Assembly: GCA_951406725.2 (NCBI GenBank)
Contig: OX597831.1
Coordinates: forward strand, 61,690,001 to 61,754,000
Direction of reading: 5' to 3'
DNA: 64,000 nucleotides
Origin: Octopus vulgaris
Lineage: Eukaryota
Shown: in pieces, positions 25,079 to 38,299 of the stretch
How positions within the stretch are numbered: the stretch's first letter is position 1
How the letters are laid out: each line of letters starts with the position of its first letter
Position numbers and translations under genes: made by a program
Notes under the pieces: generated by a model
Seen by the model: the letters and a program-made list of their open reading frames with translations, nothing else
Databases searched by the model: none
What the model was told of the DNA's origin: nothing

Positions 25079-25381
25079 TTAAGGTGATTTTTATGCATAT
25101 ACTTACAAAATATTTGGCATTTCCTGGAAGAAATTTATCTACAGGAGGCCATTTTTTTAAAGAACATATTAATTCTGCATAAATTTACTTTTTTGAAATG
25201 CAGTGCTTTGTAACTGAGATGCACAGATAATTTATTTGCATTTCAAATAACCCACACTTGAATGACTGTCTTGGTCGCAGTGACTGAATCTGAAAGCAAC
25301 ATTGGTAGTGTTGTCTTGCTGCTGTTTCTCCATCAGCTTTGCTTTTCTTCATCAGCAATCGTTAGCCTCCTTTTTCATCTT

Positions 25382-25609
25382 ATTTCTTTATTGCCCACAA
25401 GGGGCTAGACATAGAGGGGACAAACAAGGATGGATAAAGTGATTAAGTCAATTACATCGACCCCAGTGAGTAACTGGTACTTAATTTATCGACCCTGAAA
25501 GAATGAAAGGCAAAGTTGACCTCGGCGGAATTTCAACTCAGGACGTAACGGCAGATGAAATACCGCATAGCATTTTACCCAGCATGCTAATGTTTCTGCC
25601 AGCTCACCA
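25382..25609 (-). mobile_element. SINE family B
   Basis: TSD CCTTTTTCATCTT at 25369-25381 and 25610-25622. Confidence 0.9.
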
Positions 25610-26194
25610 CCTTTTTCATCTTGTTGAACTATTGTCTAGTTTCAGTTCCAGTGGAAGTGATTACTAGCAATGTTCTCCCTCCTTTCAATGTTCACATAAG
25701 GAGATTTCATTTTTCTCTTTCTGGCACTCAAACACAAGATTTCATTCTTGCTGAAGCAAAAATGAAATCTTGTGTTTGCGTGCCAGAAACCAGTTCTCCA
25801 TATAGCATATCTTTCAGAATCCAACCATCTGATAAAGCAGCGTATGTGGCCCAACCATTGTAGTAGGATGAAAAAACTGAGGGAATCAGTGCACAAGCCA
25901 GGGTCTCATTGTTGGTGACTCAGATTGTTCAGTGTTTGTCACAGGCTATGCAATGTTCAGTGCTGAAATATTGATTTTGTTTAGTGTACATGCTTTAGGC
26001 CTCACTGATTTAGCCCTTGGCCTGTCCACATCATTTTCATAAAATTGCCCTAGATGTTGATGCTCATTTTCAGACTTTTAGTAGGCCCTTGTTTCTAGCG
26101 TTCTGTGTAATATAAAGCTTTCCTACCAGAAGTTCCAAGTTACACAGATGTGTGAAAAGAATTAGAAATGTGTGTAATATATGATGTATGACCC

Positions 26195-26517
26195 ATTAGT
26201 AAGGGCATTGGGCTCACAATCATGAGGTAGTGAATTCGAATCCCAGATAGGGTTTTGTGTTGTGTTCTTAAGCAAGATATTATTTTACATTGCTCCAGTT
26301 CACTCAGCAGTAGAAATGAGCAACGAGGTCTCTGGTGCCAAGCTGTATCGGCCTTTGCTTTTACCTTGGATAACATCAGTGGCATGGAGAGGAGAGGCTG
26401 GTATGCATGAGTGACTGCTGGTCTTCCATAAAATCAACCATGCCTGGACTTGTGCCCCAGAGAGGAACTTTGTAGGAGTGATCCTATGGTCATTCATGAC
26501 CAAAGGAGGTCTTTACC
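26195..26517 (+). mobile_element. CORE-type SINE family C
   Basis: Homologous to 13581-13929. Confidence 0.85.
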
Positions 26518-26518
26518 T

Positions 26519-26752
26519 ATTTCTTTATTACCCACAAGGGGCTAAACATAGATGGGACAAACAAGGACAGACATAGGTATTAAGACGATTCCATCGACCC
26601 CAGTGCATAACTGGTACTTAATTTATCGACCCCGAAAGGATGAAAGGCAAAGTTGATCTCGGCGGAATTTGAACTAACAGCGTAACGACAGACGAAATAC
26701 GGCTACGCATTTCGCCCGGCGTGCTAACGTTTCTGCAAGCTTGCCGCCTTCT
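26519..26752 (-). mobile_element. SINE family B inserted in the tail of SINE C
   Basis: TSD TCTTTACCT at 26510-26518 and 26753-26761. Confidence 0.9.
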
Positions 26753-27039
26753 TCTTTACCTTTTATCTTTTTATCGACACCAGGAAAATACATGCTGTGT
26801 ATCACGTACGATACACAGGATAGGCAAAGCAGCATACTGAGGATGCAGGCTCTGACTATTACAGCCATTTTGTGAAATATTAACTTACATCTCTCCATCA
26901 CTCTCATTGTCAGCCTGGCTAGTATAAAAATTGCTCGTCTAATACATCTATTGATCTCAGACATCAGAACGGCATAGAAACCATGGAAAATCTATCAAGA
27001 TATCTGTATTGTAATGTATTACTTATAATGATAATTGTA

Positions 27040-27447
27040 TGGCTGTGTGGTAAGTAGCTTGCTTACCAACCACATTGTTCCAGGTTCAGTCCCACTGCAT
27101 GGCACCTTGGGCAAGTGTCTTCTACTATAGCCTCAGGCCGACCAAAGCCTTTTGACTGGATTTGGTAGATAGAAACTGAAAGAAACCCATCGTATATATA
27201 TATATACATATGTATATATATATGTGTGTGTGTTTGTGTGTCTGTGTTCGTCCCCCCCACCAATATTGCTTGACAACCAAAGCTGGTGTGTTTACACCCC
27301 CGTAACTTAACGGTTCGGCAAAAGAGACCGATAGAATAAGTACTAGGCTTACAAAGAATAAGTCCTGGGGTCGATTTGCTCAACTTAAGGCGGTGCTCCA
27401 GCATGGCTGCAGTCAAATGGCTGAAACAAGTAAAAGAATAAAAGAGT
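27040..27447 (+). mobile_element. SINE family A
   Basis: Homologous to 22653-23066. Confidence 0.9.
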
Positions 27448-28353
27448 ATATATCTATATGGTGTTACATTTTTATCCATTTTAAAAACGAAGCAGAATTT
27501 TATAGCCTGTTGCCCTTTTCACATATGTTGGATTTACAATAGGTTCCTCAATAGTAAATTCCTTAGTATTAGTAGGTAGCCTTTGACAACCTAATGCATT
27601 TACATCTTTCCCTTCTCTAAAATAAAAAAAAGCTGTTTATTTATCTCTGTCTGACTATCTATCTCACCTTGTTTCTTTATATGTGCATGTGTGTATGTAT
27701 ACATGCATGTATACATGTAGCAGACTTTGCTAAAGAAGACCACAAGTCAGATGGTAATATAAACTCTACTATGGATCAAGTTTAGTGTCCAAGGAGAAGA
27801 ACAGTTCCTCAGATTGACTTCCATATGCAAAGTTTTAGGCACAAGGTTTGGGGTGATCAGAGACTGCAGTGGGTAACGCTTGCCAATCTGCTGTGCTGCT
27901 GGATCACAACAAACCAATATTTGTAGCTTTTATCTTTTATCTGTTTCAGTCATTAGACTGTGGCCATGCTGGGGTACTGCCTTGAAGAACTTTTGGTTGA
28001 ATGTATTGACCACAGTACTTATTTTTTGCCTTTTAAACCAACCTGGTACTTTTTCTTCTATTGTTCTCTTTTTTCTAAACTCCTAAGTTACAGGGATGTA
28101 AACAAACCAATTCTGGTTGTCAAGAGGTGCTGGGGGACAACCGCAGTAACAAAGAGAGAGATGCATACACACACACGCATATATTTTTTGTGTGCATATA
28201 TATAATGATTTTTTGGCTAATTTTGAAATTAAATCAGCAGTTTATATTTACTGTTGAGAAGACCGCGCGATTGCGGTAGATTTTGAAAATTTATAGCATA
28301 TAGACTGGAGGCTTCCTTACCATCGCCTCATGGATATATACTCGTCCTTGGCT

Positions 28354-28447
28354 TCTCTGCTGACGAGGCACACCAGTTGTAAAAAATTTAATTTAATTTA
28401 ATTAATTTGTTTACCAAAGTTTGCTGAAACTATGCATAGTCCAGAGA
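28354..28447 (+). ncRNA. Type I hammerhead ribozyme, intact catalytic core
   Basis: TCTCTG-CTGACGA-GGCA...TGCT-GAAA-CTATGCATAG-TC-CAGAGA; 6-bp stem I; stem III is the 12-nt palindrome ACUAUGCAUAGU; predicted cut after GUC at 28441. Confidence 0.85.
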
Positions 28448-28604
28448 TGAAAGGGGTAAACGTTTTTATTTCTCTTTCAATTTCAGAATTATAACTATTA
28501 GCGGTTTGAGTTTGGCTGCTCTTTCTAGTGAGTCGAATGTCCTATTATGGCCATTCCTTATATTTTTGAATATATATATGTATATATATATATATATATA
28601 TAAT

Positions 28605-29160
28605 ACCTAACAAATGAAGTGAGTTCATGGCTTGCAGGATGCCCTGCAGTGCTAACCTTGGATTGTAGGGTAACCTGCTGTGCTTGAGGAGACTTATTGA
28701 GTCAAGTACATCAACATCAAAATAAAAATTAAATGGATATTCTAGTTGTGATACCTGTGCCAGCAGCACGTTCGCCTTTACAGAGGAAATGACGAAAGAC
28801 TGAGACCTGAGATATGCTGAAGTGAGTTCATGGCTCACTGGATGGCCTGCTGTGCTAACCTTGGATTGTAGGGTGGCCTGCTGTGCTTGAGGAGACCTAT
28901 TGAGTCAAGTACATCAACAGCAACATGAAAATAAAAATCAAATGGAAATTGTAGTCATGATACCTGTGCCGGTGGCACGTGAAAAGCACCCACTACACTC
29001 ATGGAGTGGTTGGTGTTAGGAAGGGCATCCAGCTGTAGAAGCACTGCCAGATCAGAATGGAGCCTGGTGAAGCCTCCTGGCTTCCTAGACCCTGGTCGAA
29101 CCGTCCAACCCATGCTAGCATGGAAAACGGACGTTAAACGATGATGATGATGATGATGAT
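28605..29160 (+). mobile_element. RTE-type 3' end with tandem duplication of about 200 bp and (GAT)n tail
   Basis: GAAGTGAGTTCATGGCT...GATACCTGTGCC present twice; GGACGTTAAAC(GAT)n. Confidence 0.8.
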
Positions 29161-30924
29161 ATATATATATATGATGGACTTCTTTCAGTATCCATCTACC
29201 AAATCCGCTCAGAAGGTGTCACACAGTGGGACTGAACCCAGAACCATGTGATTGGAGAGCAAGCATTTCACCACACAGCCACACCTGATTACACTTCAAA
29301 ATAAACATAGATAACCTTATTTAGAGGCTACCACACTATTTTATAAAGAGCAAGGAATACATTTTCAGTAAATCGTAAGCTCATACTCTAATAATACAGT
29401 ATTTCTATATTGGTTTAGTTTGTAAGAAGGCTTTGTGTCTACGGCTTTCATAGCTTCTCCTTTTCCATAGACAGCTGAGACTGCCGAGGTTAACTCTTTA
29501 AGTATGACATTCTAATATTGTAACAACACAGCATAGCCCGACCAAGCTGACTGTAGCAATATATTATAGTACTCTCATACTAGCGATACTTTCAAAAGAT
29601 AAATTACTTTCATATTGATTTTGCCAGAATATTTTATTATTGATTGATTACTTACTTGCTTCTTTTTTTCTTCTTTTTTTTTTTCTACATAGAAATGAAA
29701 AGTTTAAGTCATCATAGATAATTTAATCTGCAATGTGATGTGGAATAAGATAAAAGATGTCTTTCCAATAAGATTTGCTAAACAAGATATGATCGATAAT
29801 CATAGGATATAATTAAAGGTATTGAATTTCACAAACAGAGGAGTAAAGTATCAGCAAAAAAGTTCATAGGATTAATTGTGGAAATGAATAGAGAAGTGAA
29901 TTCAATAGTTCATGTGAGTACCAGAGAGTTAATATAAGCTAAGAATACTTACTACCTGTTGAAGGATATATAGAAATCAAGACACAAATCATAAGTTAAT
30001 GAGGGAGGATCTGCACAAGTTGGTCTGCTAAAAATAGCAGTCAAACACTCACTAAACTATAGCCTGCTGTCATTAAAACTGATATGCTGAATAATATAAC
30101 CTCGTCTGTGTTAATTTCAAAAATAACAGACGGTAATTATAACCTGAATGTTTTTGATCCTAGATCAACAGTTCAATCAGAGTTGATCTGGAGTTAAACA
30201 GCAATAAATAACAATATAGGATATTGCAGTGCATAGTAATTAATTAATTATATACATATGAGAAAATATTTCTAGCTTTTCTCTAAAACCGTATGGGGTT
30301 ATAACCCCTGGTGCTTCAGGAATATTACATAACGCACCATAATGTATATGAATTAATTCCTAATAGAATTAATTAATGTATAAATAATCAATACGATTAG
30401 TTTTAATTAATATATAAAATTAATTAATTTATATGTTCTATGTTGTGTTATATAATATTCCTAAAATATGAAGCTTATTAAAACTAACTTTATTAGAATA
30501 ATATTCCTTTGGTTAACTTTTCCATGCATTGTAGTAGCAGTTGTGGTTAGAGATGTTTAAGTTGAAGCTAAATGTTACTGAGTTGACTATGATCAAAAGC
30601 AAGCTAGCCATGGCAGTCCCAACTTATTTTCAGGTATAGTCAACTTTGGACAACACTATGTAGTGGCTGCTTTTTTTAAGACAGAAGAATATAGTTTTAA
30701 AAAAATTTTGGATACTATTTTCAGCAAATCAGATGCCACAGACTGTTCCATCAAAGACTCACCTCATTTTTGAAGTTATAAACTCCAAAACTATATCAGA
30801 GTTAGACTTGAAATACTTTCTTGAATTCTGATAATATAAAAATTATATCTGGCACAGAAGGAATATGATCAATACTTTTTTTTTTATCTCCAAAAAGTGA
30901 AAATATAATCAAAAATATCTTCTT

Positions 30925-31120
30925 TCATCTTTTATCTGTTTCAGTTATTGGACTGTAGCCATGCTGGAGCACCGTCTTGATGGTTCTTATCAAATAAATC
31001 AACTGCAGTACTTATTTTTGTGAAGTCTGGTTCTTATTCTATCAGACTCTTTTGCTGAACTGCTAAGTTACAAGGACATAAGCAAACCAACATTGGTTAT
31101 CATGTGTTGGTGGGGAAAAC
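30925..31120 (-). mobile_element. SINE family A 3' half
   Basis: TGTTTCAGTTATTGGACTGTAGCCATGCTGGAGCACCG. Confidence 0.8.
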
Positions 31121-31194
31121 CACAGACTATGTTCTCTTTTTTCACATATCTTTAACAGAGTCCACTCTGTTACAAGCTTTCAGACTGTTCTGAT

Positions 31195-31370
31195 GTCATC
31201 ATCACCATCATCATCATCATCGTTTAGCATACGCTTTCCATGCTGAACCAGGCCCAGTCTGATCTGGCAGTGTTTCTACAGCTGGATGCCCTTCCTAACG
31301 CCAACCACCCCATTAGTGTAGTGGGTGCTTTTTACGTGCCAGGCAAGGTTGGCAACAGCCACGACTGGTT
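31195..31370 (-). mobile_element. RTE-type 3' UTR fragment
   Basis: (CAT)n followed by CTACAGCTGGATGCCCTTCCTAACGCCAACCAC. Confidence 0.8.
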
Positions 31371-31921
31371 GGTGGATGAATAACTTAATACTTTGATGTG
31401 GTGCTTTCTACTGCACTTCTGCTTGTAAAAAGATCCAGGTGGGATTGCTTGACTTCTAGATAGTAAAGGAACCGGATTCTATAATTCAGGTTTTGAAAAA
31501 CTACCCCATTTCCTGTCAGGTTCACTTCAGTGTCTACTTAAGAAGATCAAAATAGTTCTATGCAGCAACATGTAATTAGTTGTTACTCCTTTTCTTTCTT
31601 CCCCTATTGTGAACATTTTGCAAACTTAAAGGGTGTCCCATTCTTTACTTATGAGTAAGCCATAATAACATACTGTATAAGCCAGTTCAGTTTACTCAAT
31701 GGAATCAACTGAGTCTTCAATCACCATTATCAGTAGGTGTTCAAATTTAATAATGGTTTCAGATTTGATGTTAGGAGAGAGGGTAAGCCAATTACATCGA
31801 CTCTAGTATTCAACTGGTACCTATTTTATTGACCCCCAAAAGGACGAAAGACAAAGTTGACCTTGCTGGTATATTCAGATTTAATAATGTAATGTAAAGT
31901 GTCCAGTTACATTACATTTTT

Positions 31922-32213
31922 GTGGAGGTGCAATGGCCCAGTGGTTAAGGCAGCAGACTCGCGGTCAGAGGATCGTGGTTTTGATCCCCAGACCGGGTGT
32001 TGCGTGTGTTTATTGAGCAAAAATACCTAAATGCGACCCCTGTTGTACTCTTTCACCTCGACTTTCTCTCACTCTTTCTTCCTGATTCTTGAGTAACACT
32101 GCAATGGACTGGCGTCCTGTCCAACTGGGGGGGGGGGGGGACACATATGCTACAGAAATTGGGCCCATGAGCCTGGCTAGGCTCGAAAAGGGTGCATAAA
32201 TAAAAAAAAAAAA
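31922..32213 (+). mobile_element. SINE family D head with the tail used by SINE C
   Basis: Head as at 1009; tail GATGGACTGGC-like...GGGCCCATGAGCCTGGCTAGGCT..AAAAGGGTGCAT as at 14085-14200 (-). Confidence 0.85.
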
Positions 32214-32375
32214 TGTGTCAGTTTACATTGCTGCCACTTCTTGCTGTGGTGAAATTCACTATTCCTTAGCAGTGAAAATGTACCAATAAGAGCCAAATGC
32301 ATTATGCAGTACAATATATTAACTTCTGAACCTTCGGGTCGTAATCTGGAATTCTTCTCACACACAGGAACATAT

Positions 32376-32592
32376 TGACCCTTTAGTATTCAGATTAATC
32401 TATCAAATGTAAAACTTATTTCTTCACAATTACTCATGCATTATCATGTAGATTCAGTATTTCAATGATGTGATTGTTTATTTTCAGAATGACATTGTAG
32501 AGTAGGTGTAAGAGGCCAGATCTGGTTGAATTTAACATAAAAACCAGTATAATATTTGGGCTGGGTATGTCTGGTCTAAATGCTAAAGGGTA
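32376..32592. mobile_element. piggyBac-type MITE family 2
   Basis: TTGA-CCCTTTAGTATTC ... AAATGCTAAAGGG-TAA. Confidence 0.7.
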
Positions 32593-33445
32593 AAATATGA
32601 TATGCATACACTGAAGATTTTGGAACAATTTTTTTTCCGTAAACATTTACATAATTCCAATTATTTCTCCTGGTACATACTGTCAAAGAGAGGATTAGTC
32701 TTTCATATAGATTTTTTAAGGCAGTTTTGCATGTGATATTTTTTTATGCTACTATATTCCCCGGGGCTGAATTATTATGCAAATTTCTTTACTGGAGATG
32801 TCTTAGTGTTTCCTGTTACTTTTCTTGATATTAATTAAACAGTGAGATTAAATAAAGGTTATTTCTTGTCAGTTTCTTATTTTAGTTCTGCTGACTGACA
32901 ATCAAACATTTTGCCGAGAGGTAAATGGAATAAATGCTAGTGACTAAGTTTAAAGTCATGACCTTGTTGAGGACAACCTACCACTCTACCCACAGACTTA
33001 GTAACACTGCAGGAATATAATTGTTACATGTCTCAGTTATTTCAGAATCTTTTAGCATGTAGTTGAGTTACAGTTCGACTGTGAAATTAATTTTCTTCGC
33101 TTTTATTTTTAATTTTGTTCTTAAACATACAAGCAATGAAATAATTAAAAATAATTGGAGAATTAAAATAAAGCAATGTAGCAATCAATGTTTGAAAAAC
33201 AAAAAATTACGCTGTAATATAAAGTCTTCTTCCAAATGATATATTTAGCAATCTTATTCAGGTTTTGTCAGGTTTGAAGGATTATTTCTATTAATTTCAC
33301 TTTCTCATTTATTGAAAAAATCTTGTTGCCTAGCATAGTGGCAGAGATAATATCAAATAATTTTTAGCCTATGTAATTGAGAACAAACATCCATACTTGA
33401 TTAATTTCATTAATCCTTCATTTACCAATCCACTATTTGCATTAT

Positions 33446-33750
33446 TTCTTTTACTCTTTTACACTTACACTTGTTTCAGTCATTTGACTGTGGCCATGCT
33501 GGAGTACCGCCTTTAGTCGAGCAAATCGACCCCAGGACTTATTCTTTGCAAGCCTAGTATTTATTCTATTGGTGTCTTTTGCTGAACTGCTAAGTTATGG
33601 GGATGTAAACACACCAGCATCAGTTGTCAAGCAATGTTGGTGGGACAAAAACATACACACAAACATATACACACACATACATATATACACATATATATGA
33701 CGGGTTTCTTTCAGTTTCTGTCTACCAAATCCACTCACAAGGCTTTGGTT
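33446..33750 (-). mobile_element. SINE family A, 5'-truncated
   Basis: Reverse complement of the family A body and tail. Confidence 0.9.
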
Positions 33751-34385
33751 ATACATATGTATATACATATGTATATATATTTCAATCACATCATTTCTTT
33801 CATGAATTTGCTCATTTCAGCTAAGTTCTTACAACAATATTCATAACATTATTTTTCCATGGCCCCTGTTGTAGCCAGTTGTTGTTCTTTCTTCTTTGTA
33901 TAGGCTGCAATTATTCATGAGATTATTAAGTGGGCTCCAGTCCAGCTAATCTTTGAAGAAATAATTAATCCAGGTAAGCGTTTGCAATCTTGTTCTAACC
34001 TTGTGAAGTGGAAGGAATGATGTGATTGCTGGATAGTGATAGTCAGGGTTCCTCTAAGCAGGATATGTTAGAAATCCTAGAGATTGGAAGAGAACACTCA
34101 AAAAATGTCCAAGATAATGTGGATAAGACATAATCAAAGTATTCAGGTACAGATGGAAGAGAAAGATATGGTCAAGAGAAGAATGGAAGTTGATAGTGAC
34201 CACTGACATTGAAGATATCTCAAAGTTTGATTGACACAACAAATAAAGTAAAGATTTACATGCACATACACATACCTACACTACATATGCACACATATAC
34301 ACAAATATACATAATATATGAATGTAAATATAAGCATATATATATTTCCTCCATCTTCCTTTTTTGGGATCTTTCATTTTCCTAT

Positions 34386-34420
34386 GTTTCTGACGAAGAG
34401 CTCCGCTCGAAACGTTAAAC
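34386..34420 (+). ncRNA. Minimal type I hammerhead ribozyme
   Basis: GTTT-CTGACGA-A-GAGC TCC GCTC-GAAA-CG-TT-AAAC within a unit of about 175 bp (34346-34520) bounded by (TA)n. Confidence 0.8.
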
Positions 34421-34518
34421 CCTCCTTCTTTCCTTCTTTCCTGAGCGTCCAATAATACTATACTTGTTCCACGTCCTCGCGTTGTGTTTTCTCTTTGTGT
34501 TTTCATGTTTGGATTAAC

Positions 34519-34553
<35 letters not shown>

Positions 34554-34563
34554 GTATGTATGA

Positions 34564-34741
34564 AACTAATTGAGAGATGAACCACCATTCCACAACTCAT
34601 TCAATGAAGAACCCATCCAAAACCATGCTCTGAGACATATTCCATACAAAATATTTTGTATGGAATATGTCTCAGAGCATGGTTTTGGATGGGTTCTTCA
34701 TTGAATGAGTTGTGGAATGGTGGTTCATCTCTAAATTAGTT
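34564..34741. repeat. 178-bp spacerless palindrome
   Basis: 89-bp arms with centre CAAAAT|ATTTTG at 34652/34653; single mismatch (34572/34733). Confidence 0.95.
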
Positions 34742-34980
34742 ATATACATATATTATATATTATATATTATGAAGTTTGGTCTAATTTTATTATGCCTAAT
34801 TTTACCTGTAAGGTTGGAATAATTTATTCCCTAATATTATTATTATATGTATGTATGTGTGTATGTGTATACATATGTGTGTGTATATATATGTGTATAT
34901 ATTTTATATATATATATAAATATATGTATATATTTGTACATATATACAAACATGTATATACACACACACACACATACATG

Positions 34981-35076
<96 letters not shown>

Positions 35077-35244
35077 TGTCATTATAAGATCCAAAGATCT
35101 AAGTGCAAGAAGTTTGTAAGCTTCAAGCAGTCCAGAGTAGGTATAAAAACACAACATTCAGGAACAATAGTAATTCATTGGCATCAAAGGTTGTAGGCTT
35201 TTCCCATACTGAAATTTGATGGGCTGAAAAATTATACATATATA

Positions 35245-35412
35245 GGTGTAGGAGTGGCTGTGTGGTAAGTAGCCTGCTTACCAACCACATGGTTCCAGGT
35301 TCAGTCCCACTGTATGGCACCTTGCGATATTGTCTTCTACTATATCCTCGGGCCGACCAAAGCCTTGTGAGTGGATTTGATAGACAAAAACTGAAAGTCC
35401 ATCGTATGTATG

Positions 35413-35501
<89 letters not shown>

Positions 35502-35502
35502 A

Positions 35503-35533
<31 letters not shown>

Positions 35534-35552
35534 ATATATATGTGTGTGTATG

Positions 35553-35583
<31 letters not shown>

Positions 35584-35802
35584 GTATATGTTTGTGTGTC
35601 TGTGTTTGTCCCCCTAGCATCGCTTGACAACCGATGCTGGGTGTGTTTACATCCCCGTAACCTAGCAGTTCGGCAAAAGGGCCCAATAGAATAAGTACTA
35701 AGCTTACAAAAAATAACTCCTGGGGTTGATTTGCTCGACTAAAGGTGGTGCTCCAGCTTGGCCACAATAAAATGACTGAATCAAGAAAAAGAATAAAAGA
35801 AT
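35245..35802 (+). mobile_element. SINE family A with expanded internal microsatellite
   Basis: Head and tail intact; about 190 bp of TATG/TA/TG repeats. Confidence 0.9.
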
Positions 35803-36239
35803 ACACACACATACAAGCATCAGACTTAACTATTTGCAAATATCCCAACAGAGTTGTGAAAACGCTGTTGTTTGAGGGCCTGCAATCAGTGAACTATTTT
35901 CTTTGAACAGTCGTCCTATCTTTTGCAAAACTATAGAAGGTTTTAGGGTTTGTCTTTACATTTTTACGGCTCTGGTTTCTTTCTCTTCGATCTGCATTTC
36001 ATGGGAATGTTTGAGTTTACTTTCGATATCAAGTTGTGTTTGTTTGAAATAGGATTCTTTGCTTTCTCTTAGAAGCCCAATTTTGATCGTCTGAGGTCTC
36101 TACTCGTCATTTCATTTTGTTTTATGACCATTTTCTGAATACCTTCCCAATCAACTTTATGAAAGTTCTGTTTGGAAAGGAGTTGGCTGCTTCTAATATC
36201 GTACATATCTGCAGTTTTCTATGGATTATACATTGTTAG

Positions 36240-36470
36240 AGACAGCGAGCTGGCTGAAACGTTTGTGCGCCGGGCGAAATGCTTAGGGGTATTTCGTCTG
36301 TCGTTACTTTCTGAGTTCAAATTCTGCCTAGGTCGATTTTGCCTTTCATTCTCTCGGGGTCGATAAATAAAGTACCAGTTTCACATTGGGTCGATGTAAT
36401 CGACTTAATCCGTTTGTCTGTCTTTGTTTGTCCCCTCTATGTTTAGCCCCTTGTGGGTAGTAAAGAAATA
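36240..36470 (+). mobile_element. SINE family B
   Basis: TSD TATACATTGTTAG at 36227-36239 and 36471-36483. Confidence 0.9.
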
Positions 36471-36676
36471 TATACATTGTTAGTTCTATTAAGTTATGAT
36501 CTGAGAAAATAGTTGGTGTCACTAATGGATGAGTGCTATGTTATTTGTGAAGCAGAGTCTAGAGAATTTTTACTCCTCGTTGGGTGGAGCCCTATTTACT
36601 CCATAAAGAGCATGTTTGTGAGGTAGAGAGAGATTTTGCTTACCTTTGTTCATGCAGTGACATACCTATATACCTA

Positions 36677-36889
36677 TTTCTTTACTACCCACAAGGGGCT
36701 AAACACAGAGGGGACAAACAAGGATAGACAAACGGATTAAGTCGTAACTGGTCCTTAATTTATCGACCCCGAAAGGATGAAAGGCAAAGTTGACGTTGGC
36801 GGAATTTGAACTCAGAACGTAACGGCAGACGAAATACGGCTACGCATTTCGTCTGGCGTGCTAACGATTCTGTCAACTCGCCGCTAAAA
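36677..36889 (-). mobile_element. SINE family B
   Basis: 18-bp TSD GACATACCTATATACCTA at 36659-36676 and 36890-36907. Confidence 0.9.
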
Positions 36890-38299
36890 GACATACCTAT
36901 ATACCTAAGAGGAGTCAGCTTTCAGGCCATTCAACATTAGGGCAGTTGAAGTGTCCTAGAAGAAACATGTGAATGCTCTCATCTAGGCTGGTTAATACTT
37001 TTTCCAGCTTCTTGAGCCACTTTTCAAAAGAGAACCCATAATTTGGCACACCTGGTGGGTGATATATATAGAACACATTACCATCTTGATTTGATTAATG
37101 TATATTATTAGAGTGCTACCAATTGAGTTTGAGTGCAAGAGCAGGGCTACAGGTGTGAAATCTTCCTGAATATACATTGTAACCCCACCATGATCTCTTT
37201 TTCTTCTGTCAGTTTGAAATACAACTTATATATACATATATACACATGCATATGCTTGCAGATGCACATAGACATATGCAAACACACATATTCACACACA
37301 TATATACCTGTATTTGCATGCTGTGTGTGTGAGAGAGAGTGTATGTATGAGAGCTTGTGTGTGTGGTGGGGGGGAGAGAGAGAGAGACTATAATATAGTT
37401 GTGCTTGGGATTTAATGACATTCGTTGTTGCTTGAAATGCATTTACTGTTAATCAACCTCCTGATTGATTCAAGTTGTTATTCAGGAAAAATATCGATAT
37501 CCTTTTGATGGACAAATTGTATAGTGAGTCTTTCATGTTGTTCATTGTATATTCTGCTCCATTAATCCTCTACTGTTACCTTTATAAATGTTTGAAGTGT
37601 GTCTTCAGACTGAATTTTGCTATTCCTGTTTCGTTAACTGAATAGCTCTCCTCTATACACAACTCATGTTCACATTTGCAGGAAAAACAATTCAGTGATG
37701 ATATGGATTCTATCAACTCCGTCCTTGGTGAAAATAAAGCTCTTTTGAATCTGAAACTTTGTGAGTAAAGTGTAAATATTTTTTTTTATATAAATATTAT
37801 ACAGGGGCAATGAATTTGCAATGGTAACTGAGAATATACCACTATAAACTTCTTCATGTGTATTCACTATAGAACTACATCTGTAGCTGTTTAATGATTT
37901 TTGTTGAACTGCAATGATACTGTTCTTCAAAGTTGTGTAACATTCATTTATTATAATTTCACTGACAGGTAGTGGGTCTGCAGGATTGTTGGATCTTTGG
38001 ACAAAAATTCTGCTTAAATTCTGCAAATTACCTACGCCATAAATGTATTCAACTCTTTTTTTTCTTTTGTATAAGACTAAGTCCCCTGGCTACTGCATAT
38101 ATGGTTGGTTAATTATCATGCTGATAGCTACTGCTGAATAAGACACACATGGCAATGACTGTCCTCTTATCACCAACTTTTGATTCTTAAGATTGTTTCC
38201 CCTTCTCAGGTAGAGATAGTCTTTACTACCATTGGGTAATTATGACGTCTAATATAGGTAAAAATAATAAATTTAAAAAATCATGTTGTAAGTTATTTG

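Larger units (their letters stand above)
25230..26960 (-). mobile_element. RTE/BovB-like 3' half interrupted by three SINEs
   Basis: SEINRCIRRA..LARLT.RV...RACILSMLL; LQWLGHI; MLYGEL-type remnants. Confidence 0.7.
27928..29287 (-). mobile_element. SINE family A split at its internal microsatellite by nested insertions
   Basis: 3' half at 27928-28200, 5' half at 29170-29287; a hammerhead unit and an RTE tail lie between them. Confidence 0.65.
35830..38060 (-). mobile_element. Probable highly decayed PLE remnants
   Basis: Patchy RT-like peptides (SLPLYNI..LLT.FQ) interrupted by SINEs; weak. Confidence 0.3.

Noticed and set aside
36659-36907. AGGTAT target-site preference for SINE B
   Set aside because: Seen at several ends, but the TSDs at 25369 and 36227 lack it
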